NCBI GenBank assembly: GCA_035999335.1
Contig: DASYGV010000086.1
Coordinates: 66,991 to 130,990 of the forward strand
DNA length: 64,000 bases
Direction of reading: 5' to 3'
Source: Thermoanaerobaculia bacterium
Lineage (GTDB): Bacteria > Acidobacteriota > Thermoanaerobaculia > Gp7-AA8
The notes beneath the pieces were generated by a model. The model did not search any database and was not told the origin of the DNA. It saw only the letters and a list, made by a program, of their open reading frames with translations. Positions 1 to 8,975 of this stretch are shown piece after piece (the first letter of the stretch is position 1; every line of letters begins with the position of its first letter). Both the position numbers and the translations under genes were made by a program.

Positions 1-623
1 ACGGCGCGGAAGTCATCGTCGAGTCGCCTCGTCACGAGGAGTCGTTCGCGACGATCGAGCACGCGGAGGATGTCGTGCGCATGTACGCCGATCGCTACCG
101 CGCGCATGCCGATGCGGTGTACGTGTCGATTTTCAAGAACGAAGGGACGCGAGCGGGCGCGTCGATCCCGCACGTCCACTCGCAGGTCGTGCCGCTGCCA
201 TTTGTGCCGCCGCGGATCGAGCGGGAGCTGGAGGGGTTCGCGAGAGGGTGTCCATTGTGTGAGTCGCCCCATTCCCTCATTCGCGAGACCGACTCCTTCC
301 TCTGGCTCGCGCCCTTCGCCTCCGCGTTCGCGTATCAGCAGTGGATCGTGCCGAAGCGGCACGTGCATGAGATCAGCGCACTCGATGAGCACGAGTTGCG
401 CGAGCTCGCATTGCTCCTGCGCGCGGCGTCGGCATCCACGCAAAAAATCACGAGCGCCTTCAACTGGATGTTGATGAACTTTCCGCGCGCGACTGCCGCG
501 CATTTTTACGTCGATCTCATCCCTCGCATGGCCGCGATTGCAGGATTCGAGCTGAACACGGGCACGTTTGTCGAGATCATCGATCCCGCCGCTGCCGCGC
601 GGCGCTTGCGCGAGATGGAATGA
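1..623 (+). CDS. galactose-1-phosphate uridylyltransferase-like / HIT-superfamily protein, 5' partial (continues upstream of the window)
   Basis: The frame is open from base 3. It carries an HVHSQVV motif (H-x-H-x-Q) and a CPLCE Cys pair, typical of the GalT/HIT nucleotidyl transferase fold. Confidence 0.5.
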   Translation, partial: GAEVIVESPRHEESFATIEHAEDVVRMYADRYRAHADAVYVSIFKNEGTRAGASIPHVHSQVVPLPFVPPRIERELEGFARGCPLCESPHSLIRETDSFLWLAPFASAFAYQQWIVPKRHVHEISALDEHELRELALLLRAASASTQKITSAFNWMLMNFPRATAAHFYVDLIPRMAAIAGFELNTGTFVEIIDPAAAARRLREME

Positions 624-629
624 TCGTGA

Positions 630-2120
630 TCACCGCCAGTGCTTGACCTTCGGCCACAGCTCCGGCAGCGGCGTCTTCAATCCGCGTCCGTGGAAGATCG
701 GCGAGTTCTCCCACGGCATTGCGTACGGGTGATCCCGCTCGTCCACCTTCACCAGCGAAGTCCATAACTCCTCGTCGGGATCGGGATCGTCGTCGAGCAG
801 GATTACGGACTCGCCGGTGTAGCCGCGCGGTCCCCAGAAGAAGTAGTTCTGATGACCGCTGATCGCCGGCGGCAGACCATACTTCGGTCCGTAGAAATCG
901 ATCGCCCCCGCCTCGCCGTAATTGCCGCAGAAGATCGCAGTCTTCGCGCGCTCTGCCGGCGGAAGCGAGTGGTAGTGGCGAGCGACCTTCGCGACCGTCT
1001 CTTCCCATCCGAACTGGTCCGCGAACAGTTGCGGCAACTCCGAGGTGTGCGAGACCTCGGTCGCCTGCGGCTTGATGCCGAGCGCGCGTTGATACGCGCG
1101 GTAGCGCGGCGGCGGGAGTATCGGCGTCGCGAGCGGGAGCGAGATCAATCCGCCGGCGACGACGAGCACGAAGACGCCGGCGTACACAACGCGGCGTAGC
1201 GACGCGAACCACACCGCGCCGGCAGCAAGCAGCACCGGATAGATCGGCGCGACGTAGTAATCCTTCCCCTCGAGGCGGATGAAGAGCGCGAGCACGACGA
1301 CGTACGTCCAGGCGAGCACGCGATACTCGCGTTTGCGGAACAGCCAGACCAGCCCCGCGATCCAGAGCGGCGCGAGGAACGGGTTGAGCATCATCGTTTG
1401 CTGGACCATGAACGCACCCGGTGCGAGGACGACGTTCTTCCCGGTTTCTTTCACGTTGCGCAGCAGCTCGAGCGTCGGGAAGTCGCGCTGGATCTGCCAG
1501 ATCAGATTCGGCAGGAAGATCAGGAGCGCGATTGCGCCGCCGATCCAGATCCACGGCCGCGCGAGCGAGCGGCGCATCGGCGTGAAGAGCATCGCGATCG
1601 CGAGCGCCGCGCCGAGGAAGACCATCGAGTGCTTGTTCTGCAATCCGAGGCCGGCGAACACGCCGAACGCGATCCACCATTTCTCGCTCGCGCCGTTCGC
1701 GATCTCGATCACGACGAGCAGACACGCGAGCCAGAAGAGATGCTCGAACGTATTCATGCTCAGGATCGAGTCGAGGCCGAGGTAAATCGGCGCAAGCAAA
1801 ACCGCCGTGCAAGCGAGAGCCTGCGCCGCGCGGCCGCCGCCAAGCCGCGCCGTGATGACGCCGGTGAGAATGACGCGCAGCGTGCCCGAAAGCGTCGCGA
1901 GAAAACGGAACCCGCGCAACGAGCCGCCGAGCTGCTCGCCTATCCACGCGTAGATCGCTACGAGCGGCGGATGATCGACGTATCCCCAGTCGAGATGCCG
2001 TCCACAGGCGATGAAGTACAGCTCATCGCGGAAGTAGTGGTAGAAGCCGGAAGCGTAGAGAGTGAACGCAAACTTGAGAGCGGCGATCGTGAGAATGACG
2101 AGCCACGCGGGTCTGCGCAT
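630..2120 (-). CDS. GT39-family membrane glycosyltransferase (ArnT/PMT-like)
   Basis: 496 aa with multiple TM helices. The N-terminal DE..YF/HPPL pattern and overall architecture match dolichyl-phosphate-mannose-type/ArnT-like glycosyltransferases. Confidence 0.65.
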   Translation of the reverse strand: MRRPAWLVILTIAALKFAFTLYASGFYHYFRDELYFIACGRHLDWGYVDHPPLVAIYAWIGEQLGGSLRGFRFLATLSGTLRVILTGVITARLGGGRAAQALACTAVLLAPIYLGLDSILSMNTFEHLFWLACLLVVIEIANGASEKWWIAFGVFAGLGLQNKHSMVFLGAALAIAMLFTPMRRSLARPWIWIGGAIALLIFLPNLIWQIQRDFPTLELLRNVKETGKNVVLAPGAFMVQQTMMLNPFLAPLWIAGLVWLFRKREYRVLAWTYVVVLALFIRLEGKDYYVAPIYPVLLAAGAVWFASLRRVVYAGVFVLVVAGGLISLPLATPILPPPRYRAYQRALGIKPQATEVSHTSELPQLFADQFGWEETVAKVARHYHSLPPAERAKTAIFCGNYGEAGAIDFYGPKYGLPPAISGHQNYFFWGPRGYTGESVILLDDDPDPDEELWTSLVKVDERDHPYAMPWENSPIFHGRGLKTPLPELWPKVKHWR

Positions 2121-2186
2121 GTCGGCTTCTACTGGGGCGCGGGCATCTTGCCCGCGCGCGGGCGGGCAGGATGCCCGCCCCCCTTA

Positions 2187-2948
2187 CTACTTGAGTCCCT
2201 GCTCCAGATGCTCGTACGCCTGCTGCAGGTTGTCGCTGCGCGACTTCACCTCGGCGAACGCATCGCGCCAGATCAGACCGACGCGCTGGATATTGCGCTC
2301 GCGGAGTCCGAACAGCACTTCGCGGAGCGCGTCGGCTTCGGCGCCCGAGAGGTCGGGACGCGCGACCTCGCGCTCGAGCAGCGACTGCGCGAGGCGGAGA
2401 TGCTCCTCATCACTCGGCGCTTGCGCGGTTGGCGCGGTCATGGCCGGGATCTTCATCGTCGTCGGACGGTCGGCCGTGATCTCACGCTGCAGGCCCGGCT
2501 GCGTGCCGCCCATGTCCACCGCGCCCGGGAGCTCCTTGAGCTGCGGACTGAACTTGCCCATCATGAAGAACAGCTCTTTCTCGTTGGCGAAGTTGCCGAC
2601 GAGACGCGCGCTCTTCGCGAGCTCGAGGTGCTCTGACTCCTGGAGCATGATGAACGCGCGGGCGCGGTCCTCGAGAGCGATGCGCTTGGCGTGGACCTTC
2701 CACGCGGTGAGCGTGCCCTGGATGAAGCACGCTTGGCCGGCGCGGATGCTCACCGCTTCGACCGTGACGTTCTCCTCGATGCGGATCGAGCCGTTGGTCG
2801 ACTCGATCTCGGAGTAAATCCCCGAGTTCTGGATGACGAGATTTCCTGGGGTTTTGATGGAGAGTTGTCCGTGCGCGTTGACCCGAATCTCGGTCCCGCG
2901 CGGGATGATCATCGTCGGGAAATTTGCCTGATCTGCGGCTGCACTCAT
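2187..2948 (-). CDS. bactofilin-like polymer-forming cytoskeletal protein with extended C-terminus
   Basis: The real start is MSAAADQ; the upstream Arg-rich part of the 619-aa ORF is discarded. Repetitive beta-helix-like segments (GTEIRVNAHGQLSIKT, GIYSEIESTNGSIRIEENVTVEA) are typical of the bactofilin DUF583 core. Its ATG overlaps the stop of the upstream M23 peptidase (ATGA). Confidence 0.5.
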   Translation of the reverse strand: MSAAADQANFPTMIIPRGTEIRVNAHGQLSIKTPGNLVIQNSGIYSEIESTNGSIRIEENVTVEAVSIRAGQACFIQGTLTAWKVHAKRIALEDRARAFIMLQESEHLELAKSARLVGNFANEKELFFMMGKFSPQLKELPGAVDMGGTQPGLQREITADRPTTMKIPAMTAPTAQAPSDEEHLRLAQSLLEREVARPDLSGAEADALREVLFGLRERNIQRVGLIWRDAFAEVKSRSDNLQQAYEHLEQGLK

Positions 2949-4000
2949 CACGACCTCCTCTTCCCACCCATAACACTCCCACCACTCGCAGCGCCCACGA
3001 AGGCCGACGGCAGCGGTTCGAAGTTCCTGTAGTCCTTGCTCGTGCGCGCGCGCATGAGCAGCAGGGCTTCGTTGCTCCACTGATAATTGAGGATGTAGAT
3101 GCGCGGATCGATCGGGACGTACGTCCCGGGCTGTTCGAGATCGCTGCGGATCTCGTAGTGCAGGTGAGCGTTCGTGCTCCAGCCGGTGTTGCCCACCGTG
3201 GCGATCACCTCGCCCTGCTGCACTCTCTGGCCAGCTCTGACTCGAACCGTGTCGCAGTGCGCGTAGATCGTGACGAAGCGGTCCGCGTGCTTGATCGTGA
3301 CGACGTTGCCGAAGCGCCACCAGGCGACGCTCTGCCGGATCGGATAGCGTCCCGCGAACGTGACCACGCCGTCGGCCGTCGCGTAGACCGCGGTGCCGGT
3401 CGGCGCGGAGAGGTCGAGTCCCTTGTGAAAGTCGGTCGCGCGCGTGAACGGCGAGACCCGATTGCCGAACGGCGAGGTCAGGACGAAGCGATCGTCGGGA
3501 ACCGGCAGGATCGACGGCGTGTGCCGGACGAGCTCGCGGTTCGCGGCCTCGTAGGCGGCCAGGACGTCGAGCTGCTGCTGCAGCCGGCGCATCGCGTTCT
3601 TCAGCGAGATTTCGCGGCGGCGGGCATCGTCGAGCGGCACGTCGGCGATGCGGTTGGGCGTGGAGAAACCGCCCTGGCCGAGGGTGCGGTCGAGACCGTA
3701 GACGGTGATGAGCTTCTCGACGCGGATGCGATGCTCTTCCAGGCTGCGCTCGAGGGAAGTCATCTGGACGACGTTCTCGCGCAATCGCTCGCGCTGGATG
3801 CCGCGCTCCTGGCGCTGCTGGTAGAGGTAGTTCGTCTTGTAAACGCGGCGGATGACCGTCGGCGCGGCGGCCATCGATCCGATCAAACCCGCGAGCACGA
3901 ACGACAGGACGATCAGTCCCACAACCACCCGGCGGCGGTCCAGAAAAAAGTACCGCACACGCCGGCGGATGTCGCTCGGATGGATCTGAATTTCGATCAT
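2948..4000 (-). CDS. M23-family metallopeptidase (LytM/peptidoglycan endopeptidase-like) with N-terminal TM and coiled-coil region
   Basis: HKGLDL...TIYAHCD...GNTGWSTNAHLHYEI are the canonical M23 Zn-binding motifs (HxxxD, HxH). An N-terminal TM helix is followed by a coiled coil. Confidence 0.85.
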   Translation of the reverse strand: MIEIQIHPSDIRRRVRYFFLDRRRVVVGLIVLSFVLAGLIGSMAAAPTVIRRVYKTNYLYQQRQERGIQRERLRENVVQMTSLERSLEEHRIRVEKLITVYGLDRTLGQGGFSTPNRIADVPLDDARRREISLKNAMRRLQQQLDVLAAYEAANRELVRHTPSILPVPDDRFVLTSPFGNRVSPFTRATDFHKGLDLSAPTGTAVYATADGVVTFAGRYPIRQSVAWWRFGNVVTIKHADRFVTIYAHCDTVRVRAGQRVQQGEVIATVGNTGWSTNAHLHYEIRSDLEQPGTYVPIDPRIYILNYQWSNEALLLMRARTSKDYRNFEPLPSAFVGAASGGSVMGGKRRS

Positions 4001-4074
4001 GGCACGAACCCGCGCGGGCCAACGCGCGGGTCAGGCAGTTTAGCACAGGGAAATGTGCACAGGAATCGGTGCAG

Positions 4075-4165
4075 CGGAGCGCCGGGCTTCCAGCCGGCCG
4101 CTACGCCGCCTTCCAGGCGGCCGGCAGGGATGCCGGCGGAGCGGCCGGCTGGAAGCCGGCGCGCC
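4075..4165. repeat. about 90-bp palindromic intergenic element (REP/MITE-like), copy 1
   Basis: Arms ggcttccagccggccgct ... agcggccggctggaagcc are reverse complements. A near-identical copy lies at 18680-18790. Confidence 0.7.
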
Positions 4166-4173
4166 TTTGTGCC

Positions 4174-4255
4174 TACTCGACAGGCACGGTGCGCTTGGTG
4201 AATCGCTTGACCACCAGCGGCAGCAGCGTGATCGCGAGCATCAGCGCGTTCATCG
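4174..4255 (-). pseudogene. orphan duplicate of a dedA-family gene 3' end (27 codons, MNALMLAITLLPLVVKRFTKRTVPVE*)
   Basis: About 85% nucleotide identity to 5445-5500, the true dedA 3' end (…CALMLAITLLPLAVKRFTKREAPVVE*). Its ATG overlaps the stop of the TIR gene (ATGA). Confidence 0.5.
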
Positions 4256-4912
4256 ATAGACCCTGGCCCTCTGTTCTTCGATCAACTGCAATTTGATGGC
4301 GGCGGCGTCGATTTCTGACGCAATCAGAGCGGCGATTGCCGGCTCAATGCCGGGTTCAACTACGCGTCGCCAGTATTTCTCGAGCCAGACTGGCGGCTCC
4401 ACCGGTTCCTCCAAGAGGACATACACCGACGCGTGCTGTGGATCGCCGTAATTGTGAATGACGGATGCGATGAACGCCTCTGCCTGGCAGATTGCGCTCC
4501 GCAGGCTATTCGATGAGATCAAGAACAGCACTGCTGAACATCGACGAATAGTGGCCTCGATTCGCTCACTGGCTCCTGGAAAATCGCGCTGGAAGCCTCG
4601 GATTTGATCGATGACGTCGGTGTCTCTGTTGTACGTGTGCTCCTCGGACTCGTCGTTGGGGGTGTAACGCCACGGTTCGAGGCCAGCCGCGCGAAACGCT
4701 TCTTCGAAGGCGCTCGCTCTCTCGAACGACTCACGAGGAAATGAGAGAAACACCCGTCGACCGAACTTCGGTCCCTCTAGGTAGTCGGCGCGTGCGGGGT
4801 CATCGGCTTTGTACAGGAATCCGTTGATCTTTCCGTCTGAATCTTTCCGTGTCGATGACCACACGAATCGGATTGCCTCGATCCAGCCCATAAGCCATCG
4901 TATTGGGTTCAC
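4252..4912 (-). CDS. TIR-domain protein
   Basis: RRVFLSFPRES (box1-like VFLSY), AVLFLISSNSLRSAICQAE and ASVYVLLEEP(V)E match the TIR / TIR-like flavodoxin-fold pattern. The gene lies in a lower-GC (about 55%) segment. Confidence 0.55.
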
Positions 4913-5016
4913 AACGGCAGCTTACGCGGGCCGCGTAGTTCCAAGCCACGTTCCTCCGCCTCGACGAAGCCAAACCCGGCGCCACGGAACCGAAATTGGC
5001 TGCAACCGAGCCAGAT

Positions 5017-5400
5017 TTAGCTCCGCAGATGCGATCGGCCGGGTCGAGAAAGCGATTGATCTCTTCGACCAAGAGAGCTTTCTCTTCGACCAAGAAAGCT
5101 TTCTCTTCGATCAAAGAGATCCTTCCCTTCGATCAAGAGATCTTTCTCTTCGACCAAGAGAGCCTTCCCTTCGACCAAGAGATCTTTCCCTTCGACCAAG
5201 AGATCTTTCCCTTCGATCAAGAGATCTTTCCCTTCGATCAAGAGATCTTTCTCTTCGGGCAAGAGATCTTTATCTTCGTCAAAGAGATCTTTCTCTTCGT
5301 CAAAGGGATCGATCTTTTCATCGAAGAGATCGATGGCTTCGTCTCGGACCCCGTTTTCTTCCTGAAAGAGGTAGGAAAGTTGATCTTTCTCTTCGGGCAC
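5017..5400 (-). CDS. acidic heptad-repeat protein (…LLIEGKD LLVEGKD… x about 10), hypothetical
   Basis: The minus-strand frame through the 21-bp array gives a clean (EGKDLLV)n heptad repeat. It is co-oriented with, and immediately upstream of, the TIR gene, and starts 22 bp after the dedA stop. The plus-strand frames (FDQEIFP / RDLSLRS repeats) are less protein-like. Coding status is uncertain. Confidence 0.3.
   Translation of the reverse strand: MPEEKDQLSYLFQEENGVRDEAIDLFDEKIDPFDEEKDLFDEDKDLLPEEKDLLIEGKDLLIEGKDLLVEGKDLLVEGKALLVEEKDLLIEGKDLFDRRESFLGRRESSLGRRDQSLSRPGRSHLRS
5067..5340. repeat. 21-bp tandem repeat array, about 13 copies (consensus ttcgaccaagagatctttccc)
   Basis: Directly visible head-to-tail units with point variants. 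The period is 21 bp, which equals 7 codons and about two helical turns. Confidence 0.9.
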
Positions 5401-5421
5401 GAGATCGACGAGGGTGGCCGC

Positions 5422-6111
5422 TTATTCGACGACGGGCGCTTCGCGTTTCGTGAATCGCTTGACGGCCAGCGGGAGAAGCGTAATCGCGAGCATGAGCGCG
5501 CACACGATCAGCAGCCGCTTCGCGGCGTCCCCCTCGGTCATCGAGCCATTGAACAGCGCGTCCGCGGAGTAAGCGAAGACGAAGATCGACGGGATCACGC
5601 CGACGAACGTCGACAAGAAGAAGTCGCGCACGCGCACGCCCGCGACACCCGCGCCGTAGTTGAGGACCGCGAACGGAATGCCGGGGATGAAGCGGAGCGC
5701 GAGGAGCGAGCCGAAGCTCGCGTGATCGACCTGCTTCGCGACCGCGCGGCCGACGCGGCCGAATTTCTCGAGCATCCCCTCCCCCACGAAACGCCCGAGG
5801 TAGAACGACGCGAGCGCGCCGAGGATGCCGCCGACGATCGAGTAGACGCTGCCGAGGAGCCATCCCCAGATGAAGCCCGCCGCCAGGATGAACAGCGACG
5901 CCGGCAAGGCGAACACGCACGCGAGCACGAACGCGCCGATGAAGATCGCCGGGCCGTACCAGACGCCGCGCAAATGCTCGACGAACAGGCGCACGTTTTC
6001 GCGCGTGATGTGCTCGCGCGCAGGCGAGAAATAGATCGCCACGACGGCTGCCGCGAGCAGCACGAAGATCGCGATCTTGACGAGCGTGCGGCGCGACAAC
6101 GTTCGCAACAT
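5422..6111 (-). CDS. DedA / SNARE-associated (TVP38/TMEM64) family membrane protein
   Basis: Start MLRTLS (upstream Arg-rich extension trimmed). It is multi-TM, with a GxxxG-rich G(I/V)PxxxxNYxAG DedA signature in ALRFIPGIPFAVLNYGAGVAGV. Confidence 0.8.
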   Translation of the reverse strand: MLRTLSRRTLVKIAIFVLLAAAVVAIYFSPAREHITRENVRLFVEHLRGVWYGPAIFIGAFVLACVFALPASLFILAAGFIWGWLLGSVYSIVGGILGALASFYLGRFVGEGMLEKFGRVGRAVAKQVDHASFGSLLALRFIPGIPFAVLNYGAGVAGVRVRDFFLSTFVGVIPSIFVFAYSADALFNGSMTEGDAAKRLLIVCALMLAITLLPLAVKRFTKREAPVVE

Positions 6112-6355
6112 CAGGGCAGCACCTGGACCTGCGTGCCGAGACCGTACGTCCGCAACACCACGCGGAAGGCGGTCTCGCACGGCACTTCGCGGAAGTAGAA
6201 CGTCGCCGCGGTTTTGGACTTGTCCACGTCCGGATCGAGGATCAGGTTTTTGATCCCGCACTGCTTCTGCATCTCCCGAAGCACGACGCGAGGCTCGGCG
6301 TCCTTGAGGTCGAGCGTCACCGTGCGCGCGGAGACCACGGCGGCGAGAATCAGCG
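6111..6355 (-). CDS. small exported protein with secretin-N0/STN-like motif
   Basis: GTG start 6 bp after the thiolase stop, with a hydrophobic N-terminus (ILSLILAAVVSA). LDLKDAEPRVVLREMQKQCGIKNLILDPDVDKSKTAATFYFREVPCETAFRVVLRTYGLG resembles the PilQ N0 / STN consensus (F.DADLRDVLR.LAE.SGLNIV..P.V.GKVTL.L.NVPWDQAL). Confidence 0.35.
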
Positions 6356-6361
6356 AAAGGA

Positions 6362-7540
<1,179 letters not shown>

Positions 7541-7595
7541 GTTTGTAGTGCTCCTTTTGCCGCGTCTCCAAACGCGGCGCGGGGGGATGATATTC

Positions 7596-7690
7596 GGGCT
7601 GAAGAGTCGCAAAGTCGCAAAGTCTCAAAGTCGCAAAGAGGGCGGGTCCGACGGCCTTTGCGACTTTGCGACTTTGAGACTTTGCGACTC
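7596..7690. repeat. 35-bp-stem palindrome built from tandem 8-mers (gtcgcaaa x4 / tttgcgac x4)
   Basis: gagtcgcaaagtcgcaaagtctcaaagtcgcaaag - loop - ctttgcgactttgcgactttgagactttgcgactc. It overlaps the last codons of the CPBP protease gene (…ESQSLKVAKSQRP…). Confidence 0.85.
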
Positions 7691-8452
7691 CGCCGGCTCC
7701 CAACGCCGCAGCCACAGGATGCCGGCGACCTCGGCCACCGTCATCCAGATGCTCCCTTCGATGCCGAACTCCCCTCCGGTCAACCACCACGGGCCTTGGC
7801 CGCGCTCGACGAAGACCGTGGCCATCGCGTCGTAGCCGCTGACCTCGTGTCCGAGGATCGGACCGGACATCACGTTCCACGCGAGATGCAGCCCGATCGG
7901 GAGCCACAGACGCCCGTACTTCTCGTACGCGAGCCCAAGCAGAACGCCGCCGAGGAACACGTTCGTGAGGCCGATCCACGACACGGCCGCGTTGCCCGCG
8001 TGAAGCGCCGCGAAGACGAGGGCGACGAACAACAGTGCGAAGCCGCGGTGCCAGCGATGGAGTTTCTGGAATGCATAGCCGCGGAACAACAACTCCTCGT
8101 GGACCGCCGCCGGGAGAAAGACCATGAAGATCTCGAGCCACGGGAATCCAGCGCCGCGCTCGTGCGAAAGGTCCGTCGAGAGGATGACTAGGGCCGCGCA
8201 CATGCTGATCAGGACGACTCCGAACGCGGTGCCGTAGAGAAACTCCGGCACGGCGAGACGTGGCGAGACGAAGAGGCCGAGCGGCCAACGTCCGCGATCC
8301 CAGATCGCGACGGTTGCCGCGGTGGCGACGCCGACGGAGAGGAGTGCCATCCAATGGACGAACGGAAAACGAAGCCACGACAAAACGATGAGTGTGGCAA
8401 CATAGAAACAAACGAACAATGCAAGCGGTGCCACAACGCGGTCGAGCGCGGC
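7625..8452 (-). CDS. CPBP-family intramembrane glutamic endopeptidase (CAAX protease-like)
   Basis: EELLFRG, FxxxH and HxxxN motifs in a multi-TM protein. The start is uncertain; a GTG near 8452 is proposed after trimming an Arg-rich extension. Confidence 0.7.
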   Translation of the reverse strand, partial: AALDRVVAPLALFVCFYVATLIVLSWLRFPFVHWMALLSVGVATAATVAIWDRGRWPLGLFVSPRLAVPEFLYGTAFGVVLISMCAALVILSTDLSHERGAGFPWLEIFMVFLPAAVHEELLFRGYAFQKLHRWHRGFALLFVALVFAALHAGNAAVSWIGLTNVFLGGVLLGLAYEKYGRLWLPIGLHLAWNVMSGPILGHEVSGYDAMATVFVERGQGPWWLTGGEFGIEGSIWMTVAEVAGILWLRRWEPAESQSLKVAKSQRPSDPPSLRL

Positions 8453-8476
8453 CACGCGCTGCTTGAAGGAGGCCGC

Positions 8477-8953
8477 ATGAACAGGATCGCCGCCGACGTC
8501 GCCGCGCTGCTGTTGCGCGTCGTCGCGGGATTGATCTTCCTTCCCCACGGCTGGTCGAAGATCGCCGGCGAGGGAGGCTCCACCGCGTTCGCCGCCGGAT
8601 TGGCCGAGGGCTACGGCATTCCGCTGTTCCTCGGACACCTCGCGGCGTACGTCGAGGTCATCGGCTCCGTCCTGCTCCTCCTCGGATTGCTCACCCGTCT
8701 CGATGCGCTCCTCCTGGCCGGCACGATGTTCGTGGCGGCCTTCGTGGTCCAGCTTCCCGATGCGTTGTTCGAGGTCCCGCCGAATGCTATCAAGGCTTTC
8801 GCGGTCATTCGCGGGATCGAGACCCCGCTCGCGATGTTCGCGATCTGCTGCGCGCTCGTGCTCACCGGCGGCGGGCGCTTCTCGCTCGATTCCGTGCTGC
8901 GGAATCGGTTCGGCAAAAAGAAAACGGCGGCCGAAGCCGCCGCTGTCACGTAG
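8477..8953 (+). CDS. DoxX-family membrane protein
   Basis: Start MNRIAADVAALLLRVVAGLIFLPHGWSKI. This is the typical DoxX pattern (LR..LG..F...G..K; E..G..LLLLGL.TR). Confidence 0.75.
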   Translation: MNRIAADVAALLLRVVAGLIFLPHGWSKIAGEGGSTAFAAGLAEGYGIPLFLGHLAAYVEVIGSVLLLLGLLTRLDALLLAGTMFVAAFVVQLPDALFEVPPNAIKAFAVIRGIETPLAMFAICCALVLTGGGRFSLDSVLRNRFGKKKTAAEAAAVT

Positions 8954-8975
8954 GACGGGCTTCAGCCCGTCTCCG

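Noticed and set aside
577-2636. Long ORFs 577..1947 (-, 456 aa) and 1398..2636 (+, 412 aa) overlapping the GT39 gene
   Set aside because: They are extremely Arg/Ala-rich and low-complexity, which is typical of spurious open frames in about 70% GC DNA. They lie antisense or out of frame to a gene with clear membrane-protein character.
2924-4201. 425-aa plus-strand ORF antisense to the M23 peptidase gene
   Set aside because: It has no motifs and an Arg/Asp-rich composition. The opposite strand encodes unmistakable M23 motifs.
5067-5340. Possible CRISPR array
   Set aside because: The 21-bp units are contiguous with no interspersed unique spacers. This is a simple tandem repeat, not a CRISPR.
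4996-6198. 400-aa plus-strand ORF (FDQEIFP repeats, then an Arg/Glu-rich tail) spanning the tandem repeat and the dedA locus
   Set aside because: Beyond the repeat it runs antisense through the well-supported dedA gene. The open frame is a by-product of the in-frame 21-bp repeat and high GC.
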